From an uncultured bacterium (lineage in GTDB: Bacteria; Fidelibacterota; Marinisomatia; Marinisomatales; UBA1611): a stretch of 64,000 bases of DNA. Both the position numbers and the translations under genes were made by a program. The stretch covers positions 64,001 to 128,000 of the forward strand of contig CALSPG010000005.1 in the NCBI GenBank assembly GCA_943788175.1, read 5' to 3'. The number at the start of each line of letters is the position of its first letter. The stretch's first letter is position 1. A model generated the notes under the pieces. The model did not search any database. It saw only the letters and a list, made by a program, of their open reading frames with translations, and was not told the DNA's origin. Shown here piece by piece: positions 17,667 to 30,337 of this stretch.

Positions 17667-18109
17667 TTATTGTCGCACAAAGATGCTCAAGTGCAAAAGT
17701 TTTGATAAATAAGAAGATTTTTTCAGAGATTCAATCCGGATTATTACTGCTCGTAGGGGTAGAAAAAGATGATGATCAAAAAGATATTTTTAAGGTAGTT
17801 GATAAGATAGTAAACCTTAGGGTCTTTGAAAATGATGAGGGTAAAATGAATTTATCAGTTTTAGATATAGCTGGTTCTATATTAGCTGTTAGTCAGTTTA
17901 CTCTTTGCGCAAATGTTAAAAAAGGGCGACGCCCTAGTTTTGCAAATGCAGAATCCCCTGATATAAGTCTTGATTTGTATAAAAAATTAACAAATGAATT
18001 TCGTTCAAAAGGGGTCAGAACATTGGAAGGCCTTTTTGGAGAGACAATGAATGTTGAATTAAACAATGATGGCCCAGCAACGTTTATTATTAATTCAAAT
18101 AAATTATAA
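17663..18109 (+). CDS. dtd: D-aminoacyl-tRNA deacylase
   Basis: QR, SQFTL, KGRRPSF and NDGP motifs. Confidence 0.96.
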   Translation: MIIVAQRCSSAKVLINKKIFSEIQSGLLLLVGVEKDDDQKDIFKVVDKIVNLRVFENDEGKMNLSVLDIAGSILAVSQFTLCANVKKGRRPSFANAESPDISLDLYKKLTNEFRSKGVRTLEGLFGETMNVELNNDGPATFIINSNKL

Positions 18110-18166
18110 ATTTTTAATTACTAATAATTATGAACTAATATCAAGGATAATTAATTTATTAGAAAT

Positions 18167-18571
18167 ATGAAAAGAAAAATAAGAATTGTGATGGCAAAGC
18201 CTGGCTTAGATGGCCATGATAGAGGTATTAAAGTATTAGCGGCTGCATATAGAGATGCAGGTATGGAAGTTATTTATTTGGGATTAAGACAGACTCCAGA
18301 AATGATAGTTTCTGCAGCTCTTCAAGAAGATGCAGATGTTATAGCATTGTCAAGTCTTAATAATGCACACAACACAATATTCCCTCGTATTATAGAATTA
18401 ATGGCAGTGAAGCAGTTGGATAGTGTTTTATTAATTGGGGGTGGAATAATACCTAAAAAAGATATTGAGGTCCTTGAAAGTTCGGGAGTGGGTAAATTGT
18501 ACGGGCCAGGGACCCCAGTAAAAGAAACAATTGAGTTTATAACAAATTGGGTAAAAAAAAATAGGCGATAA
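18167..18571 (+). CDS. Stand-alone cobalamin-binding domain (methylmalonyl-CoA mutase C-terminal subunit-like)
   Basis: [11 protein letters not shown] (DxHxxG), GLRQTPE and GGGIIP motifs. Confidence 0.92.
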   Translation: MKRKIRIVMAKPGLDGHDRGIKVLAAAYRDAGMEVIYLGLRQTPEMIVSAALQEDADVIALSSLNNAHNTIFPRIIELMAVKQLDSVLLIGGGIIPKKDIEVLESSGVGKLYGPGTPVKETIEFITNWVKKNRR

Positions 18572-18572
18572 A

Positions 18573-19265
18573 ATGGATCTAAAAAACCAGATAGAACTTG
18601 AATTATATTTTGCTGATCATTTTGATACAATATTATTTCCTGTTTTAGCTGATATCTATTTAAATCAAGAAGATTACAGAAGAGCTAGAAAAGTTTGCAA
18701 TATTGGCCTTGGTTATCATGAAAACGACTCTGCAGGCAGATTCGTTCTCGCTAAGATTGAAAAAGCTGAAGGGAATTTAAAAGACGCTGAAAAAGAATTG
18801 AAGCATGCTATCAAATATAGTCCAGACCACATAGATGCAGCCATTATGTATTGTGAAATCCAAACCGTATTAGGAAGGTCTCCTTCTCGCTTGCTCACTT
18901 CTTGGAAAAAAGTTTTTTTGTTAGACCCCTCAAATCAAACTGCAAGAGAATTCATTGAAAAAGTAGAATCATCGAACAAAGAAAACAGTAAAGCTAAACC
19001 TCAAGCAAAAAAGAAGATAAAAAAAACAAACGCGTCGAAGACAAAAAAGAAAGTAGAAGAGTCAACTGATTCTTTAAATGTTAGTGTTAGGCTGGCAACT
19101 TTTACGTTAGTAAATGTTTTAAAAAATCAGGCCTTGTTTTATCAGGCCCTTGAAGTTTTAGATCTTTTAGAACAAAAAGGAGAAGACCCTGATATGATTC
19201 GTTTAGAGAGAAACTCCGTAAAAGCATTAATTAAAACATCTGAAAAAGAGAATAAAAAATCATGA
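18573..19265 (+). CDS. TPR-repeat protein
   Basis: Helical TPR-like repeats, Lys-rich linker, C-terminal ATFTL...Q...QAL helix pair. Confidence 0.7.
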   Translation: MDLKNQIELELYFADHFDTILFPVLADIYLNQEDYRRARKVCNIGLGYHENDSAGRFVLAKIEKAEGNLKDAEKELKHAIKYSPDHIDAAIMYCEIQTVLGRSPSRLLTSWKKVFLLDPSNQTAREFIEKVESSNKENSKAKPQAKKKIKKTNASKTKKKVEESTDSLNVSVRLATFTLVNVLKNQALFYQALEVLDLLEQKGEDPDMIRLERNSVKALIKTSEKENKKS

Positions 19266-20344
19266 CTGAAAAAATATACTATAAAAGACAAGAAAAATTA
19301 AGAAGCGTTCTATCAGAACACAGCTTAGATGGATTATTAATAACTAATCTTACAAATATTAGATATATATGTGGATTTACTGGATCGGCGGGAACCTGTT
19401 TAGTGACAGATAAAGGGCAATATTTTATTACAGATGGCAGATACATAGAGCAATCAAAAGAGCAGGTGAAAGGTTTTGACCGTTATATTGATATGGACTC
19501 TCATTTTTCAATTATCAAAAAAAATAATTTATTAGATTCAAATTTGAAAATTGCTTTTGAAGCAGATCATGTAAACTTTACACTTTATGATTCTATGAAA
19601 AAAATATTTAATGGAGTTGACTGGGTTAGTACCCAAATGATTGTTGAAGAGCTTGCTTCTGTGAAAGACAAGACTGAAATAGATGCTTTTAGGGTAGCGG
19701 TTGAAATTACTGACAAAGTATATGAAGAAATTCTTCCAATGCTTCGTCCAGGTTTTACTGAAAAACAGGTCGCAAATACTTTAGTGTCAAAATATAGAGA
19801 GTACGGTGATGGTGAAGCTTATTCTCCTATTGTAGCCACCGGCCCAAATGGTGCATTGCCGCATGCAATCCCAACAGACAGGGAATTCAAAAAAGGTGAC
19901 TTCATTGTAATCGATGCGGCTGCAAAATATGCGGGATATCACGCAGATATGACTCGCACTCCTGTAGTTGGAGAGGCGACAGATAAGCACCGTGAAGTTT
20001 ATGCTATTGTAAAAGAAGCGCAAAAGAGGGGGTGTGAAATTGCAAAAGCAGGCGTTCCTTGCCAAGAGGTTGATGCAGCAACCAGAGATTACATACATGA
20101 AATGGGTTATGGAGAATATTATACACATGGAACTGGTCACGGCTTAGGACTGGAAATACATACTTCTCCGCGCTTTTCTCCGACAAGTAAAGAGGTACTT
20201 AAAGAGAATAATGTCATGACAATTGAGCCGGGTATATACATTGCTGGTTGGGGTGGCGTTAGAATTGAAGATGATGTTATTATTAATCAAAATGATTGCG
20301 AAATTCTTAATAAAACGACTAAAGATTTAGTTGTCTTGGACTAA
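19262..20344 (+). CDS. Xaa-Pro peptidase (M24B)
   Basis: ALPHA, YHADMTRT, HGTGHGLGLEIH and TIEPGIY...GVRIED motifs. Confidence 0.95.
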   Translation: MTEKIYYKRQEKLRSVLSEHSLDGLLITNLTNIRYICGFTGSAGTCLVTDKGQYFITDGRYIEQSKEQVKGFDRYIDMDSHFSIIKKNNLLDSNLKIAFEADHVNFTLYDSMKKIFNGVDWVSTQMIVEELASVKDKTEIDAFRVAVEITDKVYEEILPMLRPGFTEKQVANTLVSKYREYGDGEAYSPIVATGPNGALPHAIPTDREFKKGDFIVIDAAAKYAGYHADMTRTPVVGEATDKHREVYAIVKEAQKRGCEIAKAGVPCQEVDAATRDYIHEMGYGEYYTHGTGHGLGLEIHTSPRFSPTSKEVLKENNVMTIEPGIYIAGWGGVRIEDDVIINQNDCEILNKTTKDLVVLD

Positions 20345-20406
20345 CTATAGTTTGGGTTTTATATAAGGATGTTTTGATTATTATTGTATAATTAAAATAT
20401 AATATA

Positions 20407-21048
20407 ATGACAACTAATGTTACTCTTGGAAAAGAGGTTATGATTGATGGTATCAAAAAACTGTCATCCAATGATATAAGGTTAAAAACTTTTTTACAAA
20501 AATTTAGAGTACCTGTTTTACCAATCGAAAAAAATTACTTCTGGTCTCTTTGTAGGTCTGTCATCTATCAACAAATAAGTGGAAAGGCAGCGAAAAAAAT
20601 ATCTGATAGATATCTTTCTTTATTTGATCAAGATGTAAAAATGACACCTGCCGACGTATTGGATATTGATATTGAAAAAATAAATAATGTCGGTATATCA
20701 AGGCAAAAATCTAGTTACATAAAAAATATAGCAGATGCTTTTAGTAATAAGATTATTAATGAGAAAAATATTTCTGAATTAGATGATCAAGAAATCATTA
20801 AGCAATTGACCAGTATTAAAGGAGTGGGCAGATGGACAGCAGAAATGTTTCTAATTTTTACGCTCAGGAGAACAGATGTGTTCCCAGTAACTGATTTGGG
20901 AGTACAAAAAGGGTTTCAAATATTTTATTCTTTAGATGAATTGCCAACGATAGAAATGATGAATCAAAAATCTGAATCATGGAGACCATATAGGACGATA
21001 ATGTCCTTGTATCTTTGGTATGCTGTTGAGGGCCCTTTCGAGTGGTAG
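20407..21048 (+). CDS. DNA-3-methyladenine glycosylase II family (AlkA-like, HhH-GPD)
   Basis: IYQQIS, IKGVGRWTAEM, DLGV and WRPYRT motifs. Confidence 0.9.
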   Translation: MTTNVTLGKEVMIDGIKKLSSNDIRLKTFLQKFRVPVLPIEKNYFWSLCRSVIYQQISGKAAKKISDRYLSLFDQDVKMTPADVLDIDIEKINNVGISRQKSSYIKNIADAFSNKIINEKNISELDDQEIIKQLTSIKGVGRWTAEMFLIFTLRRTDVFPVTDLGVQKGFQIFYSLDELPTIEMMNQKSESWRPYRTIMSLYLWYAVEGPFEW

Positions 21049-21668
21049 TAGATAACAAAAATATTAAAGTAATTTTTTTCGATATAGGTGGAGTATTGCT
21101 TGAGATACACCCTGATAAAATGTTCCATTACATATCAAATATAACAGGTATTCATTTTGAAAAGGTCAAGTCTTCCTTTCCAGAAAAAAGTCACGATATC
21201 TATGAAAAAGGTCAAATGACCAATAAGGAATGGTTCCAGGTTTTCAAAATTGCCTTATCTAATAATTCATATTTAACAGAAAATAAGTTTTGGGATGCAT
21301 GGGCAATGATTCTTGGAAAAGAGACAAAAGTGATAGATGTGTTATTGGATTTAAAAAAATATTATAAAGTTTGGCTCCTCTCAAATACAAATCCAAAGCA
21401 TATAAGTGATGAGCTTGATAATAAATATGTATTCCCACATTTGGTTGATGGAACTATTTATTCATACAAAGTTGGGCTAAGAAAACCAGATAAAGAAATT
21501 TATTTAAAAGCGTGTGAACTCGCTGAAGTAGAACCAAAAGAAAGTATTTTTATTGACGATTTATCTGAAAATATTTATGGCGCAAAAAAAGTTGGATTGA
21601 AGGGTATTCATTACAAAAGTGTTTCGAATCTTAAAAGCGAATTAAAATTATTAGGGATAGTTGAATGA
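21042..21668 (+). CDS. HAD-family phosphatase (YihX-like)
   Basis: FDIGGVL, LSNTN, RKPD and FIDD motifs. Confidence 0.9.
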   Translation: MVVDNKNIKVIFFDIGGVLLEIHPDKMFHYISNITGIHFEKVKSSFPEKSHDIYEKGQMTNKEWFQVFKIALSNNSYLTENKFWDAWAMILGKETKVIDVLLDLKKYYKVWLLSNTNPKHISDELDNKYVFPHLVDGTIYSYKVGLRKPDKEIYLKACELAEVEPKESIFIDDLSENIYGAKKVGLKGIHYKSVSNLKSELKLLGIVE

Positions 21669-24577
21669 AAATTTTATTTACAGTAGTTATTATTACCTTA
21701 AACTTTTGTTTTTCTCAAGGCGCTTGGATGTTAAGTAATCGTACGCACCCAGAACTTGAATGGGCGACAATAAAGACAAAGAATTTTAATATACACTACC
21801 ATGATGATATTTACGATATTGCTTTAAAAGGAGCAAATATAGCAGAAAAAGTAAGACCAATTTTGATGAAGCAAGTTGGCTTAGATTCTCTAATAAGACT
21901 TGACATTGTTTTCACTTCAGAGGATGAAATAATGAATGGTTTTGCAGTCCCAGCTAATTATACTGTTATATGGGTAGATCAAAATGATGTTGCTGTTTGG
22001 AATGAGGGTGAAAAGTGGTTAAGAACAGTTCTTGCTCATGAGCTTCAACATCTTATTTATTTTAACGTTATTAAATCATGGCTACCGTTCCCAATGAATC
22101 AATTGTACGGAGGTGCACCAGCTTGGGTCGTTGAAGGTTTAGCTGAATATTTTACGGAGCAATGGAGACCATTAAGGTTTGATATTTCTCATAAGTACCA
22201 TACCCTTAAAAACTCATTACATAAAATACAAGATCCTCATAATGATGGTTTTTCGAAAGTTCTTTATTTTGCAGATAAATATGGTGATCAAAAACTTGTT
22301 CAAATCTTAAATCACAGAGATAGTTTAAAACTATTCAATTTTCCTCAAGCTTTTGAAATGCATACGGGAGTTACTATTAAGCAGTTTGAAGAAGATTGGC
22401 GTAGACAAATGAGTACATATTATTACGGATTGAGATCTCAAAAAGAAACGTATGGGGATGTGGGTAAAACGTATGCATTACCTATGAAAGATGTTTATGG
22501 TTTTGATTGGTTCAAGGGAGACTCTACAAAAATTTTAATGGTCGGTAAATTAAATAAAAATCAGAGAGATTTATCTTTAGTATTGGCAATTAGAGATACA
22601 AGTAAAGAAAGAGCTAGAAGAAAAAACCTTTTAGAAAAAGGAGAAAAAATAACAAAAAAGAACACTAGACCATTATGGAAACTTAAAGAGATTGATTATG
22701 GTAGAATTTCAAATTTTGTAAAAGTATCACCTGATGGCTCAAAAATCCTTTATTCAAAATATGGATTTGGTGAAAATCAATCACTCACCTGGGATGTTTA
22801 CTACCATAATATTGATTTAAAAAAGAACGAAAGAGTAACAAGATCTAAAAGAGCTAGTAACGCTTGCTGGTCACCGGATAGTAAAAGCATTGCCTTTGTT
22901 GCACATAAAAACAGCTCTTCAAATTTGTATATTACATCATTAAGTGATATCAGTAATGTTAGGAGAATAACTAATTATTCTGGGGATGTTCAAATCGTAA
23001 CCCCTGCGTGGAGTCCGGATGGTAAAAGCATAGCCTTTGCTTTATCAAAAGAGGATGGGAATATGGATATTGTTGTTTTTGATTTAGAAAGAAAAGAACC
23101 GATTAGGATAACGAAAGATAAGCAAGTGGACTACCTACCTGTCTGGCATCCTAGTGGTAACAAAATCACATATACATCCCACTCGAATATGACTCCTAAT
23201 TTTTATACTGTTGATATAAAAACGTCACAAATAATTCAAAATACGAATGTAGGTGGCTTTGTCTCTAGTGTTGGTTGGAAATTTGATAATTCAGCTATTA
23301 CAGGTATGACTTTAGGTGATGTTGATTCTTCAAGGGTAGTGGATATCTTCCCTAATAGATTAGCTAATATTGATGAAATTAAGATGAATCCTAAATTCTC
23401 AAGTTGGAAAAATAAGACTCCTGATATTTCCATACCAAACCTTGATTCTATTCCTGATATTATTGATAGCCTGGAATCAATAAAATATTCTTCACTTAGA
23501 AACATAAAGCACTTTGCAACGATTATAATTCCCGATATTACTGGATTAGTCTACAATGGTGCTTATGCTGATGCAACTGGACGAGAGATGTTCCAATCAT
23601 TTGTTTTTAGTGATTGGAAAAATATCGCTGGTGGGTTCGGTTATTTAAATGCAACCGGAAAACCAATAGGTGGTTTTTGGGGTTTTAATTATTACAAAGA
23701 TATATTTTTTAAAGAAAGAACATATAATAAAGATAAGGGCTCTTTAATTGAATTTTATAATGGTGTGGAATTGTTTGGTTATCAGAATTATAATTTTGGT
23801 AGAAGGATTTCGAGCAATCATAATTTAAAATATTCATTAACATTTTTTAATCGTGAAGTAACCTATCAGCCAGATAGTTTAGATGTTTTTCAAGAACTTG
23901 TTCCGCAAAGTGGAGAAGAAGGTGCTTTTTCTATTTCATATACATTCGTGAATAAAAGGCCGGAACTGAATGGTGTTTTAATGCCTCGGAATGGATATGG
24001 TCTAAGACTATCCACCAAGTTCATCGATGAAAAAATTTGGGGTGATTTCACCTATAATTATTACGAATTAGATTCTTATATAAATCAAAAAGTTGGTCCA
24101 TTTACTTTTTATTCTAGAGCAAGGTATGAGAATATTTCAGGATCACCTCCTAATCAAGAGACAACTGGCTTAGTTGATATTCCAACTAATTACTTTGCTG
24201 GGCAGATTATTCTTGGTAAAGAGCATATGAGTCCTCGAGGATATACTGGTTCTATTTTGGGAAGTAGTGCTTTTATTGGTACAGCAGAATTTAGAAGTCC
24301 TCTAATTAATTTAAATATTATCCAAATTTTAAAAATTATTAAAGCTGGTAAAATATCATTTTCTATGATATCTGATTATGGAAAAGTTTGGGGTTCTGAG
24401 AATGAAAACTGGGTAGTTACGGCAGGCATAGAAAGTAGGATTTCATTACTAATTGGCAATTTTCCGCTTTTAGTTTATAGTGCAGGAATTGCACAGACGA
24501 CTAATGATTGGTCAAAAAACCCAGATGCTAAAAATGTGGATCCTTACTTTAGATTAGCTTTAATCAATCCTTTTTAA
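21665..24577 (+). CDS. Outer-membrane protein: zincin-like peptidase domain + PD40/TolB-like beta-propeller + Omp85-like barrel
   Basis: Signal peptide; AHELQH...WVVEGLAEY; repeated WSPDG/SPDG; C-terminal PRGY, AEFRSPL, DYGKVW and terminal Phe. Confidence 0.72.
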   Translation: MKILFTVVIITLNFCFSQGAWMLSNRTHPELEWATIKTKNFNIHYHDDIYDIALKGANIAEKVRPILMKQVGLDSLIRLDIVFTSEDEIMNGFAVPANYTVIWVDQNDVAVWNEGEKWLRTVLAHELQHLIYFNVIKSWLPFPMNQLYGGAPAWVVEGLAEYFTEQWRPLRFDISHKYHTLKNSLHKIQDPHNDGFSKVLYFADKYGDQKLVQILNHRDSLKLFNFPQAFEMHTGVTIKQFEEDWRRQMSTYYYGLRSQKETYGDVGKTYALPMKDVYGFDWFKGDSTKILMVGKLNKNQRDLSLVLAIRDTSKERARRKNLLEKGEKITKKNTRPLWKLKEIDYGRISNFVKVSPDGSKILYSKYGFGENQSLTWDVYYHNIDLKKNERVTRSKRASNACWSPDSKSIAFVAHKNSSSNLYITSLSDISNVRRITNYSGDVQIVTPAWSPDGKSIAFALSKEDGNMDIVVFDLERKEPIRITKDKQVDYLPVWHPSGNKITYTSHSNMTPNFYTVDIKTSQIIQNTNVGGFVSSVGWKFDNSAITGMTLGDVDSSRVVDIFPNRLANIDEIKMNPKFSSWKNKTPDISIPNLDSIPDIIDSLESIKYSSLRNIKHFATIIIPDITGLVYNGAYADATGREMFQSFVFSDWKNIAGGFGYLNATGKPIGGFWGFNYYKDIFFKERTYNKDKGSLIEFYNGVELFGYQNYNFGRRISSNHNLKYSLTFFNREVTYQPDSLDVFQELVPQSGEEGAFSISYTFVNKRPELNGVLMPRNGYGLRLSTKFIDEKIWGDFTYNYYELDSYINQKVGPFTFYSRARYENISGSPPNQETTGLVDIPTNYFAGQIILGKEHMSPRGYTGSILGSSAFIGTAEFRSPLINLNIIQILKIIKAGKISFSMISDYGKVWGSENENWVVTAGIESRISLLIGNFPLLVYSAGIAQTTNDWSKNPDAKNVDPYFRLALINPF

Positions 24578-25281
24578 TTCAATAACCCTTTTCGGTTTAT
24601 CGAAATATATATGGTTATTGGATCGATTCTAAATCGATTACTGCTCTCTGTATATACTTCTCTATCAATACCGATTACAGAACTCCAGTTTTCATTTATT
24701 AGAAATTGAAATTCTACTATTGTTTGAAATCTAGATAAATTGAATAAAACAATTTCTGATATTTGATGGTAGTATTCAAGTTCCGCTTTCGTTTTGACTT
24801 TGTTAAAATCCCTATCGATTGTAATGGCGCTTTTTAAGTATGTCGTTTTTTCATCACTTTCTATGAAATCTGATTTATCATATGCCCAACCAATTTCTGA
24901 AGTAATATTACCCTGAAGTTCATCTTTAATAAGAGCGCCAAGGCCTTGATTAAAATGATATCTTAAATTTTCTCCAGACTTATGATAAACGTATGTAGTA
25001 AAATGATAAAGTCTTGAGTTAAAATCATATTTATTACTTGATTTTGACCTTATTCTAACATCTGAAACTGATTTGAAAAAGTGTGCATATATTCTCAAAT
25101 CTCTAAAAGTATTATCATTAACCCTTTTTATTCTATAAAAAGAGGATAAGCCGGTTTGATTTATTTCAGTATTACTAACTACTCCAAGCCGAACAAAATT
25201 ATTCCAAACAATATTTTTTTCTTCTGGGTTATGAGCGAAAAGGTATGATAATGCAAATAAAAAGACTCTCTTTTTAATCAT
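24574..25281 (-). CDS. Exported beta-strand-rich protein, probable small outer-membrane barrel (DUF481-like)
   Basis: Signal peptide; alternating aromatic/polar strands; LRYHFNQGLG. Confidence 0.5.
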   Translation of the reverse strand: MIKKRVFLFALSYLFAHNPEEKNIVWNNFVRLGVVSNTEINQTGLSSFYRIKRVNDNTFRDLRIYAHFFKSVSDVRIRSKSSNKYDFNSRLYHFTTYVYHKSGENLRYHFNQGLGALIKDELQGNITSEIGWAYDKSDFIESDEKTTYLKSAITIDRDFNKVKTKAELEYYHQISEIVLFNLSRFQTIVEFQFLINENWSSVIGIDREVYTESSNRFRIDPITIYISINRKGLLN

Positions 25282-26042
25282 TGTTTAATTCTTTTACCAG
25301 ACTGCATCATAATTAATGCTAGGCTAGTAAATAATATCGTTAACAATATTGCCATCCAAAGACTTGTGCTAACTGGAGAATCACTTTTTTCTAAAATTGT
25401 ATATCTAATACCATTTATCATATAATAAATAGGATTTAGAAAACTAAGGCTTTGAGCCCAGTTTGGGAGCATATTAATCGAGTAAAAAACTCCACCTAAA
25501 AAGCTTAAAGGCGTTAGAAAAAAGTTCTGGATCATTGCAAGTTGGTCCCAGCTTTCTGCAATCTGCCCCATTACTAATCCCATGCTAGAAAATGCCCATG
25601 ATACTAGAAATATAAAAAGTAAAGTTCCTGCAATATCATGTACTGGCAAATCAATTAGAACTATACCTACAATTAAGACTAAGATCCCATTAACCATGCC
25701 TCTCACAGTACCTCCAATAATATAAGCAAGTGCAATTTCAAAACCGGAAAGAGGAGCAGTCAAAAGATCAGGAAGCTGTTGTAAAAGTTTCATTTGTAAC
25801 ATTGAAGATGAGGTGTTAGATGAGGCATTTGTAAGGGTATTCATCATAATTAAACCAGGTAAAATAAACATGGTATATGATATACCTTGAATTTCAGATA
25901 TTCTTTGTTCTAAGGTGAATCCAAATATTAAAATATACAAAACAGAAGAGATCAGTCCTGGGATGACTGTTTGGCGATAAACAGAAAAAAACCTACCCAC
26001 TTCTCTACTTGTTAATGTGTATAGCCCAACCCAGTTAATCAT
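25278..26042 (-). CDS. ABC-2 type transporter permease (YadH-like)
   Basis: REVGRF, FILPGLIMM, LTPLSFLGGVFYSI and NPIYYMINGIRY motifs. Confidence 0.9.
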   Translation of the reverse strand: MINWVGLYTLTSREVGRFFSVYRQTVIPGLISSVLYILIFGFTLEQRISEIQGISYTMFILPGLIMMNTLTNASSNTSSSMLQMKLLQQLPDLLTAPLSGFEIALAYIIGGTVRGMVNGILVLIVGIVLIDLPVHDIAGTLLFIFLVSWAFSSMGLVMGQIAESWDQLAMIQNFFLTPLSFLGGVFYSINMLPNWAQSLSFLNPIYYMINGIRYTILEKSDSPVSTSLWMAILLTILFTSLALIMMQSGKRIKQ

Positions 26043-26056
26043 AACTAACTTTGATT

Positions 26057-26998
26057 TTATTCATTGATACTCTTACCTGTCAAATTCAAAAAAACATCTT
26101 CTAATGAAGAAGTTTCAGTTTTGATACTGTGGATAGCAATATTTTTTGAAGACAGTTCGTGAATTATTTTTGGTATAGCTAATTCTGGATTTTTAACACT
26201 GAAATGAACTCTTGAATCTTCAACAGTATATTCTTGATCTAAAGTAGGAATTTTTAAATCATTAATATTAGTATTTTTTGATAATTGAACTGTAACACCC
26301 GATTTACCTAATTCTTCTGTAAGTGCCTTTGGAGACCCTTCTTTTAAAATTTTCCCTTCATCTATGATTGATACATTTTCGCAAAGTAATTCAGCTTCCT
26401 CAATGTAATGAGTTGTTAGGAGTATAGTTTTTCCTTTGCTATGAAGTTCTCTAAGGTAGTTCCATAGCTCATGACGGAGTTCGACATCCACACCAGCAGT
26501 AGGCTCATCAAGGATTAAGATATCTGGATCATGCACTAATGCCTTTGCAATTTGAAACCGTCTTTTCATACCTCCTGATAATTGGCGAAGTTTAGAATTT
26601 CTCTTTTTTTCTAAACCAAGTTTATTTAGAAGTTCATGAATTTTTGATTTAGCATCAATTCGATTAATTCCATAATAACCAGCTTGGAAGTATAATAGTT
26701 TTTCAATACTGAAAAACCAGTCCAGAGATAGTTCCTGTGCTGCAATACCTATTTTAGATCTTGTCTCACGATAATCAACGACTGTATCTTTTCCAAAAAC
26801 GAGACAATTGCCACTATCCTTAAAAACTAAGCCAGTAAGAATATTGATTGTTGTAGTTTTCCCTGCCCCATTTGGCCCCAGTAATCCAAAAAATTCCCCA
26901 TTAGAAATGTTTACGTTTACGCCATTTAGTGCATGAACATTTTTGTAGGATTTTTTAAGATTACTAATTTGTATGGCAAAATTGTTCATAAAGGACAA
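26057..26998 (-). CDS. ABC transporter ATP-binding protein (YadG-like)
   Basis: GPNGAGKT, LSGGMKRR, ILDEPTAGVD and TTHY motifs. Confidence 0.93.
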   Translation of the reverse strand: MSFMNNFAIQISNLKKSYKNVHALNGVNVNISNGEFFGLLGPNGAGKTTTINILTGLVFKDSGNCLVFGKDTVVDYRETRSKIGIAAQELSLDWFFSIEKLLYFQAGYYGINRIDAKSKIHELLNKLGLEKKRNSKLRQLSGGMKRRFQIAKALVHDPDILILDEPTAGVDVELRHELWNYLRELHSKGKTILLTTHYIEEAELLCENVSIIDEGKILKEGSPKALTEELGKSGVTVQLSKNTNINDLKIPTLDQEYTVEDSRVHFSVKNPELAIPKIIHELSSKNIAIHSIKTETSSLEDVFLNLTGKSINE

Positions 26999-27313
26999 TT
27001 AAAATCCAATTTCTGAATCAAAGGGACTTGGAAAATCAAAACCTTCTGATCCGGGGAAGTGAGCGATAGAAACAATAAACCCCCATGGAATCAATATAGA
27101 TGCTTCCACTTTTTGAGTAGTATTTTTTGTTGTTGAGTTCGATTTTGGTATCTTAAACTGAGGTTGATAAATCCAGATTCCGTGCCCATCATAACCTTTT
27201 ACGCGAGCAAAAATTTTGTCACTTTCAATCCCAATTTTTTTAAGTGGCTCATGCCCTTCCAATATTATGAGTATTATATCGCCAACTACTTCTTCAATGT
27301 TCATCATATTCAT
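26999..27313 (-). CDS. Small hypothetical protein, possible Sm/SH3-like beta-barrel
   Basis: Fits tightly between ligA and the ABC ATPase. ARVKGYDGHGIWI and ILIPWGFIVSI resemble Sm1/Sm2-type strands. Confidence 0.6.
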   Translation of the reverse strand: MNMMNIEEVVGDIILIILEGHEPLKKIGIESDKIFARVKGYDGHGIWIYQPQFKIPKSNSTTKNTTQKVEASILIPWGFIVSIAHFPGSEGFDFPSPFDSEIGF

Positions 27314-27363
27314 TGCATAAATTAATGTATTATAGCTTAATAGTAATTATACAAAATTAGTAT

Positions 27364-29818
<2,455 letters not shown>

Positions 29819-29825
<7 letters not shown>

Positions 29826-30337
29826 AATTTCCCATCAATACTGTGGTAATTCATTTTCAGTTTGTCAATTTGTTTTTCTTTTAAATTGTACACTGTACAT
29901 GTGTCATAAGGGTTTGCATAAATGTGAAGGGTTATGACAGGTTTATTGCTACAGTTTTCTATTGAATGAATATCTGCTGGTCCATCTAGATAGCCTTCTG
30001 ATGCAGTAATTTTTTCTTCAAGACTGAGTTTTAAGGGAGCTAAAGATTTAATTGAGTAGTTACTAATTTTTAAGCTCCCGTTAATCACTTTAAACCAGCA
30101 TTTTTCTCCCTCGTGCCCATGTATAGGCGCCATTTGATTCGGTAGCCAGCATAATAAGATTATTTCAAAATCATCATTTCTAAATATTCTATTTCTTGTA
30201 TACATAGATTTACTAAAGTGAGAATATTTTTTTATGATATTTTCTTGAATATCACTATTCAAAATAGTTGATGAAACGTCTTTTACTGGGAAGTCATAAA
30301 GACTATGTTTTTTTAGTTGGCTAATTAATGATTTCAT
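29819..30337 (-). CDS. Cysteine dioxygenase family protein (cupin, 3-His)
   Basis: YTRN, LLCW, IHGH, IHSIEN and TLHIY motifs. Confidence 0.88.
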
